A stretch of DNA of 64,000 bases from Nitrosopumilus sp. (GCA_965223425.1 OZ245003.1:1664001-1728000); one strand, 5' to 3'. Shown: positions 30,561-39,797, counted from the stretch's first letter. The notes: generated by a model not told the origin, from the letters alone. Numbers and translations are program-made.

Positions 30561-31134
30561 CTCAGAGTCTTCATACGTCTTTGGTTACTAACTGATAATT
30601 CCTCTCATGAGGAATATCTTCCCCTTTTTTATTAAACAGAAACTAATTTTACAGCATGCCAAACCGGCATCCATAAATCATTCTTGAAAATATAACATCA
30701 AATCAAACACGGCAATCGCACAGAGACATGCAGATGAGCTTTTTTATTATCATAATTTTATCAATTCAACATCATATTGGGCCAGTGTCCCAATTTACAA
30801 AGGCAAATTTCAGAAAATTTCACGCCATTGCTTCCTTATTATGATGAGCAAGAAAAAAACACCCTATTATCCGCGCATCAAGCGAGAATTTGAGCCCGAC
30901 CCGGAAGACAAGGAAATCTGGTAGGCGCTCATGCCCCTTTTTTTCTATAACATCCATTTGATTGTTTTATCATTATGTACATGCGTTCCGGCATGTCTTT
31001 ATGAAATTGTAATGATGACTGGCACGGGGCGTATGGAATCGCCTGAGTTTCGGACTGTGATGAAACAGTTTGAGCAAAGTCCACACGAGTGCCCACATTC
31101 AATTCATGAAACAGCGAAAGCTTGACCAAGAAAA

Positions 31135-31186
31135 CCATGCCGATGTGCTCTACTTGAGCGAAACAGCCCTTTGTGGCAGTCCATGG
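31135..31186 (+). ncRNA. Type I hammerhead ribozyme, variant core
   Basis: CCATG-CCGATGT-GCTC tactt GAGC-GAAA-CAGCC ctttgt GGCAG-TC-CATGG; core deviates (U4C, A9U); cut after 31181. Confidence 0.65.
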
Positions 31187-31596
31187 AAAGAACCATGACA
31201 AAGAAAGTCAAATTTCTTAAAAGGAGACTTGCCTGTTCCTTGCGTATAGAAAACATCTCTTATCGACTGATGTTTGATTGCGGTCCAATAGGAAGACCAT
31301 ATTCTGCAATCGTTTATCAGCTGATGTTTGATTGCGGTCCAATAGGAAGACCATATTCTATAATCGTGAGTCTAGTCAACAAGCTTCTCAGAAAAGAAAG
31401 ACTCTATCCTAACGACTACGACAGTCCGGATTTTCCTGCATGCTGCAGAAAAACGATTGTTGGGTTGGAAAATACCAGTAGTATTAAGGGCAGCGCATTT
31501 CCTCACAGATGCAAGACCTGCAATAGGGAGTGGCAATACTACTTTGGATATGTGTTGCATAGTAGCCTATTTGGAGAACAGCCAATATGGGACTGA
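31183..31596 (+). CDS. Cys-rich hypothetical protein with internal duplication
   Basis: In-frame ATG at 31183; LMFDCGPIGRPYS x2; CC...CxxC. Confidence 0.5.
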   Translation: MERTMTKKVKFLKRRLACSLRIENISYRLMFDCGPIGRPYSAIVYQLMFDCGPIGRPYSIIVSLVNKLLRKERLYPNDYDSPDFPACCRKTIVGLENTSSIKGSAFPHRCKTCNREWQYYFGYVLHSSLFGEQPIWD

Positions 31597-31728
31597 CCCC
31601 CACTCTTTTTTTCTAATCATATTTTCTTAATTTTAGACACACAACACCTGCAAATAATCAACACATACTTTTTGATTATTTCATTAATGCGGCAAGGCAT
31701 CACCTCTTGCTGTTTTGTAATTCCAACG

Positions 31729-31790
31729 GGGGCCATGATGAGACAGAACAGTTCCGACTCTGTGATGAGTGAGACGACATCCGAGTCCTC
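31729..31790 (+). ncRNA. Box C/D sRNA (paralogue of 22836..22904)
   Basis: ATGATGA-gacagaacagtt-CCGA-ctct-GTGATGA-gtgagacgacat-CCGA; terminal stem. Confidence 0.75.
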
Positions 31791-31867
31791 ATTGTCAGTA
31801 ACTGTATCATTGATTTTAACCTTGGTGCCACTCTGTACAGTCTTGCACCGCTTTGAAAAAATCCAAC

Positions 31868-31981
31868 GGGGGCGATGATGAATAAAATTATGGCCCAATC
31901 TCATGATGAGACACAACAGTTCCACTCCTGGAATCCACCTCCTCCTAGAAGGTTCTGTGACAGGCCGCTATCTGAGCCCCC
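31868..31981 (+). ncRNA. Extended/atypical box C/D-like sRNA
   Basis: GGGGGC stem, ATGATGA, second ATGATGA, long insert, terminal CTGA-GCCCCC. Confidence 0.55.
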
Positions 31982-32000
31982 ATCAATCATACAAATTAGA

Positions 32001-32053
32001 GTCATGCTGATGTGCTCCCAATGAGCGAAACTGCCATTATGGCAGTCCATGGC
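32001..32053 (+). ncRNA. Type I hammerhead ribozyme
   Basis: GTCATG-CTGATGT-GCTC ccaat GAGC-GAAA-CTGCC attat GGCAG-TC-CATGGC; cut after 32047; ATG at 32049. Confidence 0.8.
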
Positions 32054-32714
32054 AAAACAAATTCTCAAACAGATTGCAAAAGCAATCGCAATAACCGTGA
32101 TTGTAGTGATTACGGCATCCATTGTGTGGACATTTGTTGTTCCGATGCTGCCACTGAGCCAAGTGTCAGATATTGTAGAAGAGAATGTGAAAGAGCCGTT
32201 AGAGAAACTTGTTTCACAAACACCGCTTGCACCAGATGAGCAAGTCACAAATGGAACGCCAAAGAACAATGACGCCCCATCGTCATACGATGACATTGAC
32301 GACCCGCCATCGGACATAGTTACCTCATATGATCCACCAGACATGGATTTTCTGAACAGTGGCACTGTAACCAAAGTCATTGACGGCGACACGATTGATA
32401 TCGACAACATGCGATTCAGACTTGCTCTGATAGACACTCCTGAGAGAGGCGAGGCCGGATACAATGAGGCAAGGATGTTCCTGTTGAAGAACTGTCCCGT
32501 ACAGTCGTTGGCACTGTATGATATCGACGACAAACAGAAGACGGACAAGTACGGACGATACATAGGAAAGGTATGGTGTTATGGATATCCACCTGTCGTT
32601 CCTGAAAATTCCATGAACAGCAAACTTGTAAACGAGGGACATGCAGTGGTTGTCTCAACGTTTTGCAGGTCAAGCGAATATGGAAATGAGCAGTGGTTAG
32701 ACCCACACTGCTAG
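32049..32714 (+). CDS. Membrane-anchored thermonuclease (SNase family)
   Basis: 'VTKVIDGDTI', 'RLALIDTPE', 'DKYGR', 'NSKLVNEGHA'; N-terminal TM. Confidence 0.88.
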   Translation: MAKQILKQIAKAIAITVIVVITASIVWTFVVPMLPLSQVSDIVEENVKEPLEKLVSQTPLAPDEQVTNGTPKNNDAPSSYDDIDDPPSDIVTSYDPPDMDFLNSGTVTKVIDGDTIDIDNMRFRLALIDTPERGEAGYNEARMFLLKNCPVQSLALYDIDDKQKTDKYGRYIGKVWCYGYPPVVPENSMNSKLVNEGHAVVVSTFCRSSEYGNEQWLDPHC

Positions 32715-32868
32715 TATTGTTCTCTTTCACATACCATCCCCCCCCTTTTTTTCTAATCAAATTTTTTGTACGGACATCTGATTATTTTTTCGTGACCTGG
32801 CATGTCATCCCAAATCTTGCACCAGTATGTTCAAACATACCTGACAGGCAGGCAAGTGTGGGGATGAT

Positions 32869-32954
32869 GGTGAGTTTACCTAGCAAGGTAAGGTGTCCGA
32901 CTGATAATCGGAATGTCTGTCAGGACAGCGTGGGTTCGAATCCCACACTCACCG
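32869..32954 (+). tRNA. tRNA with GAU (Ile) anticodon on a class II, Ser-like body
   Basis: Acceptor GGTGAGT/ACTCACC + G73; D ACCT/AGGT; AC TCCGA-CTGATAA-TCGGA; long V-arm TGTCT/GGACA; T GTGGG-TTCGAAT-CCCAC. Confidence 0.88.
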
Positions 32955-33009
32955 TAATACTCCTGCATATTAAAACATTCAGGAGAGAAATTCAAAAAAG
33001 TGAACAAAA

Positions 33010-33393
33010 ATGGGAATGTATGATGAGGTCGTAGCGGCCATAACATGTCCCTGCTGCAAGAGAAGGTATCTGGATTATGGAATCCAAACAAAGAACTTTC
33101 GGTGCGTACTCTCCAAAATATTTGAAAATGACGACACGAGGAATATTGTGGAGGAAAGGAAATCGTTTGGAAACATAAGGAACGAGACGTTCAAATGTTT
33201 TACATTCTGTGTAATGTGTTCTGCGGGAATCAATATGACAGGAGTCATATCAGAATATGTGTTTCGTGGAGTCAAGGCGGACTCGTTTAATGAGAATATA
33301 AAAAGGTCCGGAACAGATGGAATTGCAATTGATCCCTCCATCATGACAGAAAATGGAAACCATGCAGCAGAAAACGGACTGCTAAAACCCTGA
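33010..33393 (+). CDS. Zinc-finger hypothetical protein (MGMYD...CPCC...QTK family)
   Basis: Two CxxC-type pairs; duplicated at 34146..34529. Confidence 0.65.
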   Translation: MGMYDEVVAAITCPCCKRRYLDYGIQTKNFRCVLSKIFENDDTRNIVEERKSFGNIRNETFKCFTFCVMCSAGINMTGVISEYVFRGVKADSFNENIKRSGTDGIAIDPSIMTENGNHAAENGLLKP

Positions 33394-33673
33394 TTATTTT
33401 TTCGTGACCTGGCATGTCATCCCAAATCTTGCACCAGTATGTTCAAACATACCTGACAGGCAGGCAAGTGTGGGGATGATGGTGAGTTTACCTAGCAAGG
33501 CCGGAACAGATGGAATTGCAATTGATCCCTCCATCATGACAGAAAATGGAAACCATGCAGCAGAAAACGGACTGCTAAAACCCTGATTATTTTTTCGTGA
33601 CCTGGCATGTCATCCCAAATCTTGCACCAGTATGTTCAAACATACCTGACAGGCAGGCAAGTGTGGGGATGAT

Positions 33674-33828
33674 GGTGAGTTTACCTAGCAAGGTGTCGCC
33701 CCGATGAGACGATTGCTTCTGAATTAACATCGCTGGTTCAAATCCCGCACTAACCTCCATTAGTTGTTTCGTTCAGTGTGCGAGCGTCTTAGAAGTGGAC
33801 ATCGTGGGTTCAAATCCCACACTCACCG
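33674..33828 (+). pseudogene. Degenerate GAU tRNA followed by a second tRNA 3' half
   Basis: Shortened D arm, mismatched stems, ends ACTAACC-TCCA at 33759; then a second T-arm + ACTCACCG ending 33828. Confidence 0.6.
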
Positions 33829-34002
33829 TTACAACCCTCAATATTAGACCATTAATGAGGTAAATTCAAAAGTGAAAACCATGCAGCAGAAAACGGACTG
33901 CTAAAACCCTGATTATTTTTTCGTGACCTGGCATGTCATCCCAAATCTTGCACCAGTATGTTCAAACATACCTGACAGGCAGGCAAGTGTGGGGATGATA
34001 AT

Positions 34003-34090
34003 GGTGAGTTTATCTAGTAAGGTAAGATGTCGCCCTGATGAGGCGATTGCTTCTGACGGAGCATCGTGGGTTCAAATCCCACACTCACCG
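34003..34090 (+). tRNA. Second intact GAU-anticodon, long-variable-arm tRNA
   Basis: D ATCT/AGAT; AC TCGCC-CTGATGA-GGCGA; V-arm TGCTTC/GGAGCA; G73; compensatory changes relative to the 32869 copy. Confidence 0.88.
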
Positions 34091-34145
34091 TAATACTCCT
34101 GCATATTAAAACATTCAGGAGAGAAATTCAAAAAAGTGAACAAAA

Positions 34146-34529
34146 ATGGGAATGTATGATGAGGTCGTAGCGACCATAACATGTCCCTGCTGCAAGAGAA
34201 GGTATCTGGATTATGGAATCCAAACAAAGAACTTTCGGTGCGTACTCTCCAAAATATTTGAAAATGACGACACGAGGAATATTGTGGAGGAGAGGAAATC
34301 GTTTGGAAACATAAGGAACGAGACGTTCAAATGTTTTACATTCTGTGTAATGTGTTCTGCGGGAATCAATATGACAGGAGTCATATCAGAATATGTGTTT
34401 CGTGGAGTCAAGGCGGACTCGTTTAATGAGAATATAAAAAGGCCCGGAACAGATGGAATTGCAATTGATCCCTCCATCATGACAGAAAATGGAAACCATG
34501 CAGCAGAAAACGGACTGCTAAAACCCTGA
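34146..34529 (+). CDS. Duplicate of 33010..33393
   Basis: Differs at 2 residues. Confidence 0.65.
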   Translation: MGMYDEVVATITCPCCKRRYLDYGIQTKNFRCVLSKIFENDDTRNIVEERKSFGNIRNETFKCFTFCVMCSAGINMTGVISEYVFRGVKADSFNENIKRPGTDGIAIDPSIMTENGNHAAENGLLKP

Positions 34530-34645
34530 TTATTTTTTTGTGACCTGGCAATCCTTCCAAACCCGCATCAGATGAGCAATCATCCTGACAGGCAGACGGG
34601 TGTGGGAATGGCGCGGTGTTTGAGACATCAAAGGTAAAACATACA

Positions 34646-34975
34646 ATGAATGCAAAAGGAGCCATAACACATCTGGTAAAAAGGCCGATGGGAGTCGTCT
34701 TTACAGGAATGCTGATTTTTGGGCTGTTCCTGATGATTGGAGGTGACTCGGGCGTACCGGAAATACTGAGAATATGGCCAGTCTACGGAGTGTTTATTAT
34801 TCCTGCCATAGTAGGAATAACTATGCTGCTACTTACTGCTGATGAGGTATCCAAGATACACGGACGTTTTGACTCAGTAGAGTCAAAGCTGGACAAGCTG
34901 GACAATATAGAGTCAAAGCTGGACAGCATAGAGTCAATTCTGAAAGAGATAGCGGGATATCTAAAACCAAAGTAG
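34646..34975 (+). CDS. Two-TM membrane protein with coiled-coil tail
   Basis: Likely ATG 34646; duplicated at 38259..38609 with variable heptad number. Confidence 0.6.
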   Translation: MNAKGAITHLVKRPMGVVFTGMLIFGLFLMIGGDSGVPEILRIWPVYGVFIIPAIVGITMLLLTADEVSKIHGRFDSVESKLDKLDNIESKLDSIESILKEIAGYLKPK

Positions 34976-35383
34976 CACACGGCAGTTCTCACACATTCAT
35001 TTTTTATCTGACCTGGCAATCCTTCCAAACCCCGTATCAGATGAGCAATCATCCTGACAGGCAGACGGGTGTGGGAAAGGCATCAGACATTTGCGATGTC
35101 CTAGATCAAAAATGAAAAACTATGAAGAAAATTTTGAAGAATGGTGTGCAGAATATGAAAACACAATGCACAGCAATGGTTCTGAAATTATGACCCGTAC
35201 GGACGGCGACATCGGAATCAAATACGTTGTCAGGAAAGACACCGACGGATGTGGCGCATACCTCATCTGGGAGTAATTACAACCTGAAAACACCAACTAT
35301 TTTTTCGTGACCTGGCATGTCATCCCAAATCTTGCACCAGTATGTTCAAACATACCTGACAGGCAGGCAAGTGTGGGGATGAT

Positions 35384-35538
35384 GGTGAGTTTACCTAGCA
35401 AGGTGTCGCCCCGATGAGACGATTGCTTCTGAATTAACATCGCTGGTTCAAATCCCGCACTAACCTCCATTAGTTGTTTCGTTCAGTGTGCGAGCGTCTT
35501 AGAAGTGGACATCGTGGGTTCAAATCCCACACTCACCG
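35384..35538 (+). pseudogene. Copy of the degenerate tRNA/half-tRNA unit
   Basis: Same sequence as 33674..33828. Confidence 0.6.
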
Positions 35539-35974
35539 TAATACTCCTGCATATTAAAACATTCAGGAGAAAAATTCAAAAAAAGTGATACAAAATGTTC
35601 GAAGAGGCAAAGTACAAACTCAAAAGAAGCGTCTACAAAAAGACAATTTGTAGAAACTGCAAAAGGGAACGATGGGAAGGGCACCCCGAACTCAACGAAT
35701 GTGATTGCTGTCAGATAGGTCTCTGATTTTTCTGCAATGCCTTGTTGAAAGGTTCCAAAACCATATTTTTTGTGACCTGGCAATCCTTCCAAACCCGTAT
35801 CTGATGAGCAATCATCCTGACAGGCAGACGGGTGTGGGAAAGGCAAAAATGCTTGCGGCATTTATGAAAAAATATGCAAGAAAAAGACACAACAATCAAA
35901 ATAAGAACCGGTCTGATTCGACGACAGCAAGTCATCTTTGTTGCAATGATGGCAGTCGGGCATTCCTGATTACC

Positions 35975-36304
35975 ATGAGCCAGCTAGTGGACCAAAGACT
36001 CCTAAGCGAGGGCATAGCCTTTTTTACCATTGGATTCGTAGGAATACTAATGTCCTGGACTACAATGGATATCGGAGCTGGCATCAAGGAGGCAATACAT
36101 GAGGTCGGCCAGCAAAATCAAAGGGCAATTGCCGAAAGCAATCAAAGATTTGACAAGACTCTAAACCGCATTGCCGAATCCCAAAAAGATATTGCCGAAT
36201 CCCAAAAAGATATTGCCAAGGTGTTAGACAATGTCACAAAATCTCAGGAACGCATGCACAAATCCCAAGACGACATCAAAGACACGATAAAAAACAAAGA
36301 CTAG
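35975..36304 (+). CDS. Single-TM coiled-coil protein
   Basis: ATG 35975; TM then heptads IAESQKD x2. Confidence 0.5.
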   Translation: MSQLVDQRLLSEGIAFFTIGFVGILMSWTTMDIGAGIKEAIHEVGQQNQRAIAESNQRFDKTLNRIAESQKDIAESQKDIAKVLDNVTKSQERMHKSQDDIKDTIKNKD

Positions 36305-36808
36305 GTTCTTCAAACATCCAAACATTTTTTCGTGACTGGGTCATACAGTCCAAACCCGTTTTACCTTTGGCGCAAGCCGCAGGCCGACCCAGCGGACGGG
36401 TGTGGGATATAATGAATTCTCATATGAGAATAAGCGTCCAGATGAAAGACGATACTTTCATAGCAATATAACGTCTGTTCTGGCACGTAACATCTGCCAG
36501 AAATACGACCAAACGACAAAGGTTTGGGAGTGATCCTGGTTGCTATAAAAACGATAGCAACATTCACAGAAATGCGACCAAACGACAAAAGCATGCAATG
36601 CCGACAGCACATGGCATCCTTTCCCAGTACGACACGGTATGTCAAATAACAGGCAGACTATGGATTATTGCGCTTGATGATAATCCACCATCCAGATATT
36701 TTTTAGCATAGCCGAGGCTATGGGCGGATGACGACATCAGCTGGGGATATGATGCCAGGCGCTTCAGACATCGTGCATGTGTTTTGTGAAAAAAAGGAGT
36801 GAAACCAA

Positions 36809-38119
36809 ATGGTTTTAAAAAATACAATCAATACAAGTACAAGTATTAAAAATGTACAAAATCAGTCAGTAGGCAAGAAAGGCAGGATCTCAAACAGGGA
36901 TCTCATAAGCATCAGCAGAAATCTGAGTGATCTTGCAAACGGATACATCACGTACAAAACGTACAGGGACGGACGTACCGGCTTCTTCCGTAACAGCACA
37001 ATGATAGCCGTCCTGGAAGAAGGAATGGTAACAACACTGTTTGGCGGTGAGCCAAGGCAGGCAAGCGTGGCATCATTGCTGGATGGCGCATCCCGCAACG
37101 AAGGCATCAAAAAAGAAATTGCACAATGTGCAAGATTTGCCGCAGACTACACCCCCGCAGACGAGGTGGATTCTGAGAAGGACAAGGCCCAGATGCACAG
37201 GGCAGACTCCAGAAGGCCGACAATCAAGGACCGACTCGTGCTGTACTTTGCCGGAATGTCAGATGCCAGCATCCCATGCATGGTGCACGGCAAGGACAAA
37301 TTCAAGATTCTTGTGCCACACAAAGGTACGACAAGAGTTTTTGAAATCAACCGGTCAGAATTCGGCGGAATATCAAAACTGGTAAGAATGGTGCTCAGAA
37401 GGAACCACCAAAAACGCAAATTCACGGCACCTACAGACGAGGTCAAGTTTGCAATAAGTGACGCCGCACGCCTCCCAACGAGAAGAAGCGCCACGTCACA
37501 TGTCACACAGGGCCGCGTGGAACTCTCCGTGATCAGCCCCAGAGAAGAGGTGATAGAGAAAACAACAACGGTACTGGCATCTCTGATAAAATGCGAGGGG
37601 TTTGAAAGAATCCTATCTGAGGAGACAGAGTCATACCAGGCAGAGGAAGTCATCTATGAAAGATTCGGACCAGAAAAACTGCCAACCATCCCGGTGTGGT
37701 TTCCTACCGATGTCACTGCCAACGCAAAAATGGCACACGGAATGGAACGCATCCACGGAACGGAACCTGTAAGAAAGGTATCAAAACACACCACCCGCAA
37801 ATTCTATGGCGCCAAAGAGTCTGAGCTTGAGGATATTGAAGCAAGCAAGAGACACACATATGAGCAAATCCACGCTGCAATGAAATACATAAGGGAGAAC
37901 GGATACTGTACTTGCAATGAGAAGTGCATGTGTGCCGATTTGCCATACGAGGAGAACACCCTGAACATCGCAGAGGTGGCAGACATCTGCTCAGGCATGA
38001 AGGTCGAAGATCTGAGTCTTCTCATGCAGACAATGAAAAGCTGCAATGTCTTGGGGCCAGAGTATTCAGTTGTCTGCTCTGCTGCCGCACGGCTCAGATC
38101 ACAGAACAGTGCGAAATAG
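36809..38119 (+). CDS. Hypothetical protein (436 aa)
   Basis: Long ORF preceded by SD-like AGGAGTGA; Cys cluster near the C-terminus. Confidence 0.7.
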   Translation: MVLKNTINTSTSIKNVQNQSVGKKGRISNRDLISISRNLSDLANGYITYKTYRDGRTGFFRNSTMIAVLEEGMVTTLFGGEPRQASVASLLDGASRNEGIKKEIAQCARFAADYTPADEVDSEKDKAQMHRADSRRPTIKDRLVLYFAGMSDASIPCMVHGKDKFKILVPHKGTTRVFEINRSEFGGISKLVRMVLRRNHQKRKFTAPTDEVKFAISDAARLPTRRSATSHVTQGRVELSVISPREEVIEKTTTVLASLIKCEGFERILSEETESYQAEEVIYERFGPEKLPTIPVWFPTDVTANAKMAHGMERIHGTEPVRKVSKHTTRKFYGAKESELEDIEASKRHTYEQIHAAMKYIRENGYCTCNEKCMCADLPYEENTLNIAEVADICSGMKVEDLSLLMQTMKSCNVLGPEYSVVCSAAARLRSQNSAK

Positions 38120-38258
38120 CACACGGCAGTTCTCACACATTCATTTTTTATCTGACCTGGCAATCCTTCCAAACCCCGTATCAGATGAGCAATCATCCTG
38201 ACAGGCAGACGGGTGTGGGAAAGGCGCGGTGTTTGAGACATCAAAGGTAAAACATACA

Positions 38259-38609
38259 ATGAATGCAAAGGGAGCCATAACACATCTGGTAAAAAGGCCG
38301 ATGGGAGTCGTCTTTACAGGAATGCTGATTTTTGGGCTGTTCCTGATGATTGGAGGTGACTCGGGCGTACCGGAAATACTGAGAATATGGCCAGTCTACG
38401 GAGTGTTTATTATTCCTGCCATAGTAGGAATAACTATGCTGCTACTTACTGCTGATGAGGTATCCAAGATACACGGACGTTTTGACTCAGTAGAGTCCAG
38501 TTTGGGTAGAATAGAGTCAAAGTTGGGTGGAATAGATACAAAGCTGGACAAGCTGGACAGCATAGAGTCAATCCTGAAAGAGATAGCGGGATATCTAAAA
38601 CCAAAGTAG
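38259..38609 (+). CDS. Duplicate of 34646..34975
   Basis: Identical N-terminal part, extra heptad. Confidence 0.6.
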   Translation: MNAKGAITHLVKRPMGVVFTGMLIFGLFLMIGGDSGVPEILRIWPVYGVFIIPAIVGITMLLLTADEVSKIHGRFDSVESSLGRIESKLGGIDTKLDKLDSIESILKEIAGYLKPK

Positions 38610-38939
38610 CACACGGCAGTTCTCACACATTCATTTTTTATCTGACCTGGCAATCCTTCCAAACCCCGTATCAGATGAGCAATCATCCTGACAGGCAGAC
38701 GGGTGTGGGAAAGGCGCGGTGTTTGAGACACCAGTTTTTTACTCAGAAAAATTTCACAAATAGCAAGAGTGCACAGTGCACACAATTTTGTCATGCAAGT
38801 GATGATCAAATACATTCATCTGAATGAAAAACATCTACGGAATTTTTTCCGTCAAAAACAAAAAACACCGTCTGGGACATGTTCCCGGAAAAAAACCAAA
38901 GAATGTTCTTTGGAATAATCAACAAAGGAGGTTGATAAA

Positions 38940-39365
38940 ATGAGCAAACAAGAAATAGAAAAACAAGAAAATACAAAGCATGAGAAAGTATCAGACTTTG
39001 AGGAAACTGGGCCAGACGAAGTATGTAAATTCTGTATGGAGAGACATCGGATGGGAGTATCAGACTTTGAGGAAAGCTGGGCCAGAGTGGACAAATTCAA
39101 AGAAAAGTTCGAAAGGGTGTTTCTTATAAAAATCTTTAAAGGCACACCAATAAGACCCGAAGAGGGCGCAGAGAGAGTTAATTTCGGGTATGATGTTGCA
39201 GTGGCATGTGCCAATGATGCAAAAATAAAAGAGATCGACAGACTGATTCTCGAAATGAGATTCCTAATTGAGAACTCTGAATTGCCAGGACATTTTCAAA
39301 GAGGGGTACGCAATGCACTTGATGAGTGCATAGACAGTCTGCCAAAAGTGCAGAGTTGTTTCTAA
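38940..39365 (+). CDS. Hypothetical protein
   Basis: ATG directly after the RBS element. Confidence 0.6.
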   Translation: MSKQEIEKQENTKHEKVSDFEETGPDEVCKFCMERHRMGVSDFEESWARVDKFKEKFERVFLIKIFKGTPIRPEEGAERVNFGYDVAVACANDAKIKEIDRLILEMRFLIENSELPGHFQRGVRNALDECIDSLPKVQSCF

Positions 39366-39574
39366 TGAAAAACATGCAAAATACATTCCGTAATAACATG
39401 TTTCTGTCTGTGCCACTTGCAGTGGGATTCACGACTCTCGGCCTTGGATACATCCCGCCACACTCAGAGATGCTCATCAACATTGGTTCGGCCTTTATTA
39501 TTGTGTCTGGTATAGAATCAACACGGCAAATGATTTCAGATGCAATGAAGGTAAGACGTGATAGGAAAAGATGA
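39365..39574 (+). CDS. Small membrane protein, paralogue of 63450..63824
   Basis: Shared 'LG.G..PPHSEM.I..G.AFII' motif. Confidence 0.5.
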   Translation: MKNMQNTFRNNMFLSVPLAVGFTTLGLGYIPPHSEMLINIGSAFIIVSGIESTRQMISDAMKVRRDRKR

Positions 39575-39797
39575 GCAAGAGACAGTCTCAAATGAAATGG
39601 AACCTATCCAAAAACAAAACCACTCAGAGATGATGAGTGTCACAAATAGCACAATCACCACGCCGGATAAGAATCTAGCATGGTAGCGCGCACCATCTAC
39701 TTTGACCAAAAGTTTGGGCGAAGTTGCGCCTGAATCAAATGACTGCTGGGAAACTTCCCGGACAATATTATACCAATCAACAAAGGAGGTTGATAAA

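Larger units (their letters stand above)
32792..38714 (+). repeat. Family of 11 structured ~72-77-bp repeats (types A, B, C)
   Basis: A: 32792, 33404, 33597, 33923, 35307. B: 34540, 35009, 35772, 38153, 38643. C: 36332. Each follows a T-run and begins (G)TGAC; the stems covary between types. Confidence 0.85.

Noticed and set aside
32792-32867. Structured repeat as HDV-like/theta ribozyme or attC site
   Set aside because: No G1, P1.1 or catalytic C-containing J4/2; lies 5' rather than 3' of tRNAs; no GTTRRRY core.
32901-32907. Reading the anticodon as TGA (Ser)
   Set aside because: The 5-bp stem fixes a 7-nt loop CT-GAT-AA, and likewise CT-GAT-GA in the second copy.
35785-35843. CTGATGAG in repeat copy B3 as a hammerhead core
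   Set aside because: No GAAA/stem III/UH; other B copies have CAGATGAG.
35905-35975. Possible fifth hammerhead before the 35975 ORF (CTGATTC...GGCAGTC)
   Set aside because: Core and GAAA are missing, and the cut site would not abut the ATG.
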